Positions 58,996-64,000 of a stretch of 64,000 nt of DNA are shown piece by piece. The position numbers and the translations under genes are program-made. This DNA is from Sphaerodactylus townsendi (Eukaryota). The stretch is from positions 99,200,001 through 99,264,000 of the forward strand of contig NC_059430.1 of assembly GCF_021028975.2 (NCBI RefSeq). The letters are read 5' to 3'. The notes under the pieces were generated by a model. That model was given only the letters and a program-made list of their open reading frames with translations. It had not been told where the DNA came from and did not search any database. Numbering within the stretch: the stretch's first letter is position 1; each line of letters begins with the position of its first letter.

Positions 58996-61652
58996 TTCTC
59001 TCCCCATCCCCAAGGGCTGTGGCTCATGGGGGAGTAATGGGATTCTCCTGGGCTCAAAATGCTAAACAAATCATGCATTGGCCTGCAGGTGACCATTTAG
59101 CTTTAAAGGCAAACATCCAAACTCAGAAGTTCAGCTGAAACACTGAACAGTGCATAACAGAAGATGTGAGAAGTTCTGGAAGTTAATAAGAAATCACAGT
59201 CCCCCCTGCCCTATCCCCTCTTGCCTTTTGCTTGGCTGGATAAATGGGTTCCACTCACAGGTGATTGACTGGAGGCTTAGAGAAAGCTGAAGGTTATATT
59301 ACTAGTACAGTATTGATGATCTTTCTCCGAGGATCACGGCTCTGCGTCTGCGTCTTCTCGGCAAGGAATGATTGAGCAGCCTGGAGCCCGGCCTGCGAGG
59401 AGAATAACTCTCTTCCAGTCCTGGCCCTAAAGAGAACTGGTGACGAAGTGCATGTCTGCAAGAAAAATCCTAACTCCCCAGATTTTGACATGCCATAAAA
59501 CTTTAGCCGGAGCATCCAGTCACTGGCTGTGTTTGGGGGAAGATTCCCTGGACCAGTCTTTGGACAGGAGTGATAGCATGTCAGACTCAGTTGCTGTGCA
59601 AAGATAGACAGAAAAGCCAAGGCCGGGTCATAAGGATGTCCTTTGCTCCTCCCAGCATAGAAACCTGGTCTGGCAACTATTTGTAGGTAGGGATATAAAC
59701 TGGGATATTCATTTATCAAAATCAGAAACTCTGCCCCATTCGTTAATATCATAACCCATCCCCCCAAAATTAATACAGTCATGTTTGGAAACTTTGAAGT
59801 CTTTGACTCCATTATTCCATTTTGTTTGGTAAATGTTTTGCTGGTGGGGGGGTGATTTGTGAGAGATTTACATGCTTAATACCCACTTGGACTGGCTTGG
59901 AGCTGTTTCTCAGGCTAACAACCTACCTCATAGGGTTGGTGTGAGGACAAAATTAGGAAAGAGAGTTGGTGGGGGAGAGAGCCATGTATGTTTTGCTGGG
60001 GGTGAGACGTGTTTTGTGAGCTGGTGCAAAAAATCATTGTTTGGCCATGATGGGGGAGGGTGGCCACCCATACCGGGTGGGGGAGTGCCAAACTCAGGTT
60101 TTGTCCCCTGGCTCCAGTTTGCCTAGATAGCCTCTGGTCTTGTGCTACCCCTGGGACACTGAGGAGTCTACATCTCTGTAACATGGGTCAGTACCACATT
60201 CCAGGTCATTGGTTCAAATCTCCATGGCTCCTGATATTCCTGCCAGGGCCCAGACCCTTAATATCAGTAGCTGCTCTACAGCAGCAGTGCCAGTTATGGG
60301 AAGTTGCTGTTAGCTCAGCTGGGCCTATTGATTGGCTGCTTCAAACAGGACTCCTTAATGGTGTCTGCCATAATAATTGACTGCCAAGCCAAGACAGAGT
60401 TATGCCCATCGGCAACTAGCCGACAGTTGAGATCAATACGCTCTGCCCGGGCACCAGCCCTTGATTGAAACGCTTACAAAGAGATGTACTCGAGATGATG
60501 GAAGGAGAGCAGACAGCCGCACCCAGCCTCTTAGTTAAGGATGAGAGGGGGGAAATTTATGCAATGCCTTCCATAAAAGCCAAGTTCATGGAAGCAGTTC
60601 ATGAAAAGCTTGCCAGGTTCGGAACCGCTGATTAGCACCTGTAGTTTTGTGAATTGCAAAATCTATAACCATGCAAAAGTCTAATAAGTTTGCATGTTTT
60701 TGTGTATAAGCACGAAAGAGACACCGAATGAATGAATAACTAGAAAATTTGCTCTTGCTCTCAGTGAGGTCACCTCCTTCTGCTACTAATTTACACTGTC
60801 CTTAAAGTAATTTTTCCTGCTTTTGTGCAGAATAGAGGCAGAAGGTCTGTGATGTGAGAACAATTTTTGAACTTCTGTGTTGACATATTCTCAGCATGAT
60901 GCTATTTACATGCAGGTTGGAAAGCACAACTCTAGTTGCCAACATCCAAACTGCTTGCTGTGGCTGTAATTTAAACATGTTTTAAATTGGCAGTATTGCA
61001 CCATGACACTGTTGTGGATTGATCCCATTTCTATGTCTGCCATTAGATAGTATTCTGGGTGTCATTATATAGGGAATCTTTATAATGCTACCTTACCTGG
61101 ATTTTTTGTCTGTTGCTGCTTTGGCTTTCTCTGAAGCAAGGTAGGAAAGGGATTTCAAACAGCCTTTAAAAGGAGGAAGAAAGGGGGAATCGGCCCTTAA
61201 AAGGAATGTCTTGCAAAAAATCATAAATTAGCCTACACAGGCAAAGCAGCCCCTTCACATAAATAATTTGGGGTCTTTAAAGAGAGCTCAGGTTTGCAGA
61301 ATGAGTGCCACATAAAGGAACAGTCCGGGGCGGGCCGATAGATATATTACCTCAAAGACAAACATCAGATCAAAAGTAGTTTGGAAAACTTACTGGGATT
61401 TTTGGTGGTCAAGTGTAGAAGGGGACTTTTGAAAGAGAGGCCCAGAAATCTGTTCTGCCGAATTGGCAACTCTGGCACTGAAGGAGAAAATTCTCAGTGT
61501 TCCACATTGCATGAATCTCTTTCATGCATTCCTGTGGACAACATTCCAGCGTTCAACATTTACTCATCCTGCATTGCTTTGCCTGCTTCTGAGAGCCATC
61601 CCATTTTCCAGATTCAGAAGAGTGTGGCCTGAGTATTTCAAAACACTTCGAC

Positions 61653-61833
61653 CAGTGGTGGGATCCAAAAATTTTAATAACAGGTTCCGATGGTGGTGGG
61701 ATTCAAACAGTGGCGTAGCGCCAATGGGACTATTGGGCAGGGAGGTTGCTTTAGTAACCCCTTCTTGGCACTCAGAAAAAAAATAGTAACCACTTCTAGA
61801 GAAGTGGTGAGAACTGGTTGGATCCCACCTCTG
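61653..61833. mobile_element. hAT MITE
   Basis: TIR CAGTGGTGGGATCCAA/TTGGATCCCACCTCTG with perfect TSD ACTTCGAC. Confidence 0.9.
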
Positions 61834-63726
61834 ACTTCGACCCATGGCAAGCAATGGCCAGCTCCTATCCCAGGACTTTGTGACTACGTGCTCCACCCAA
61901 GAAAGATTATGGGAAACTAAAAAGACTGCTGGAGAACAAGGATGCTGGAGCCTTGCACCTTACTTTCACAGGGTGCCCCCTGGTGCCATGGAGGCCTCTG
62001 AGATGACACAGCGTGCTCCAGACCATCATGCTGATTTCTGCATGATGATTGCTAGATCAGGAACAGGCACTGCCTCAGTGACCTCCTAGCCAGCAGGGCC
62101 TGCCCTACAGCACAAGGAAGTAATAAGTTGGATCCAGACGAAGTTTCCCACTAAATGAGATGTAATTTCTACCCATTTCCCTTTCCTGCTACAATGCCCC
62201 AATTTACCCCTTATGCATTCTAAAGGGGCTTTGCCCCACAGATGTGGCATTTCTGGGCGGTCAAAGGCCCACCATGGTAGTTAGCAAGGCCAGAAATGTC
62301 CATACTGCTGATGGAACTCCCTTCCTTTAGCAGGAAGTTTCATCTGGCTCTGACCCACTGACCTGAAGGGCAGCACTAACACAGTGCTTGGGCTAACATT
62401 TTGAACTGCTTTTTTCGCAGTCTCTTTATACCTCTGTAGTGGCTGCAATTGGATACATGCACCACAGCCACCAGGCAGAGACATGCACAAAAATGCCATG
62501 ACTTTGAATGATTTGCGCTCACCTGGGTGCCTACTTCAAACAGGGAGGCAGACCTTTGAAGGTAAATGAATGAGCCGAAGAAAGAAGAATGGGATACACC
62601 CCGCCTCGAGCATCAATTACGTGACATGGAAAGAGTCGGGTGCACATGTTTCTGCAAAATGCCCCCTCCTTTGGCAGACACCAGTAATATATGGGCAGGG
62701 GGGAGACACAGCCCCATTTAGCTAAGAAAAGGTCTCTGAGAAGTTGGTGGCATGGTGCAGATTGTTGCTGACAGTGATGTATGACTAAGCTAAGTTCATC
62801 AACCAGCTTTTGCCCGTTTCTCTCTCCCTTGGTGTGAGAAGATTGTTTAACTCCCCAAATGCTTTTTTGAAGAAAAAAGGTCATTGGCTTGCTCTTGTGC
62901 AAAACCACTTGTCTTTTTGCTCAAGGAAGCAGAAGATCCACCATTACACCAACCTCTTTGACACGATCCTTTACATAAACGAAACTCGATCTTGCGAATT
63001 TTTTAAATCTTCATCCTCCAGCCTGCAGTAACCATTTCATTTTCTACAATAATAGTAATTCTTAACTTTAATAAGATAGCAAAATGAATACTCCCTGTCA
63101 TGCCCCCAGAGTAGCTTTTATTATTTTCCCATTAAGCATCAGTTTCCCTATAGTTATAATGGGTTTAGTTCCTTGTTTAGTCTTCTAAGGGAGGAAATTT
63201 TAGTGGATGCTGTCCCTTTAAGAAATCTCATTAGAGGAAGTCTTCCTGTTATTAGCCAGTAATCCCCCTGGTCAGTTAGTCTGTCTAAGATGCCTAGGGT
63301 AGTTGGGAGGCTGCAATATATGTTACGTATATGGTGTATAGAGATAGCATAAAGTTAAGGTGTACAGAAAGTAGAATCCAGATAAAGGACGCTCAAGGAA
63401 CTCAGAACCAGCAAAGACAAAGTGGACTTTCTTGGAAGCAGTCAAAGAAAGAACAAAAGTCTCAAGCTCCAAGCTGTTCCAGTCAAGCAAGTACTTTATT
63501 TTAGTCAAGCCCTGGGAGGAGTTAGGGTCTCAATTCTTCTGAGCAATAAACCTTGTTTTTTGAACTGTTACACCTTGCTTGTGTGTCTCCCATTCTGTTC
63601 CACCCAAGAACAGGGCACCTTTAGATTGTTTTACTTGGGGGACTGAACACTCCCCACACCACAAAAGGTTGAAATCTGCTGACTTCTCCAAACTTTGCAT
63701 TTGAACAATGATAAGGGAAATCGGCC

Positions 63727-63810
63727 ATCCACTGCATGCTATTGTCATCCACTGCATTGTCATCCACTGCATGCCATGTTGTCATCTACTACATGCCATT
63801 GCATGCCAGC
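63727..63810 (+). repeat. short imperfect tandem repeat (TTGTCATCCACTGCAT)
   Basis: Four degenerate units read directly. Confidence 0.75.
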
Positions 63811-64000
63811 TTCCTAGTACTGTCAAGATACTGACTGCTGTTGAATGTCAGTTGCCAAATGTTCTTAAATACCAACTGTCAAAATCGGAGAAATGAAACA
63901 TAATACGGTGTCTAATTCATTCATGTAATTATCCCAACAGTAGCTGAGCAAGTGATGCGTGAATAATTATATTAGGATATAATTTCAGGGACTGTCTCTT

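Noticed and set aside
63321-63612. Possible solo LTR (TGTTAC start, AATAAA near 63545); similarly 44640-45399
   Set aside because: No TSD and no second copy in the window to confirm the boundaries.
1-64000. CRISPR arrays, operons or other prokaryotic systems
   Set aside because: The sequence is vertebrate repeat-rich DNA with no regularly spaced repeat-spacer array.

Overview
Vertebrate genomic DNA from a draft assembly with four N-gaps. The repeat content (Sauria SINE, Squam3-like tRNA/CORE/L2 SINEs, 5S-headed SINEs, BovB, Penelope) indicates a squamate, probably a gecko (inference). No host protein-coding exon was recognised, so the window is probably intergenic or part of a large intron. 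The only substantial coding sequence is the 3' part of a young but disrupted Ty1/copia LTR retrotransposon (1-3516: protease tail, integrase, RT, RNase H, PPT, 3' LTR). Five more copia-type LTRs of different ages follow, plus two solo LTRs of another family with 4-bp TSDs, many hAT/Harbinger/Tc2 MITEs with readable TSDs, and LINE 3' fragments. The main oddities are a palindromic Penelope-derived insert carrying a minimal hammerhead ribozyme motif (46297-46547), an apparently perfect 666-bp inverted duplication (24076-25538), a copia LTR with non-integrase junctions (13863-14470), a splice donor conserved in copia U5 regions, a duplication-born DR3 nuclear-receptor motif cluster (9102-9204) and several repeat-free enhancer-like islands. 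I found no convincing evidence of a wholly new multi-gene system. Repeat family names are from recognition, not database search, and SINE/LINE boundaries are approximate.
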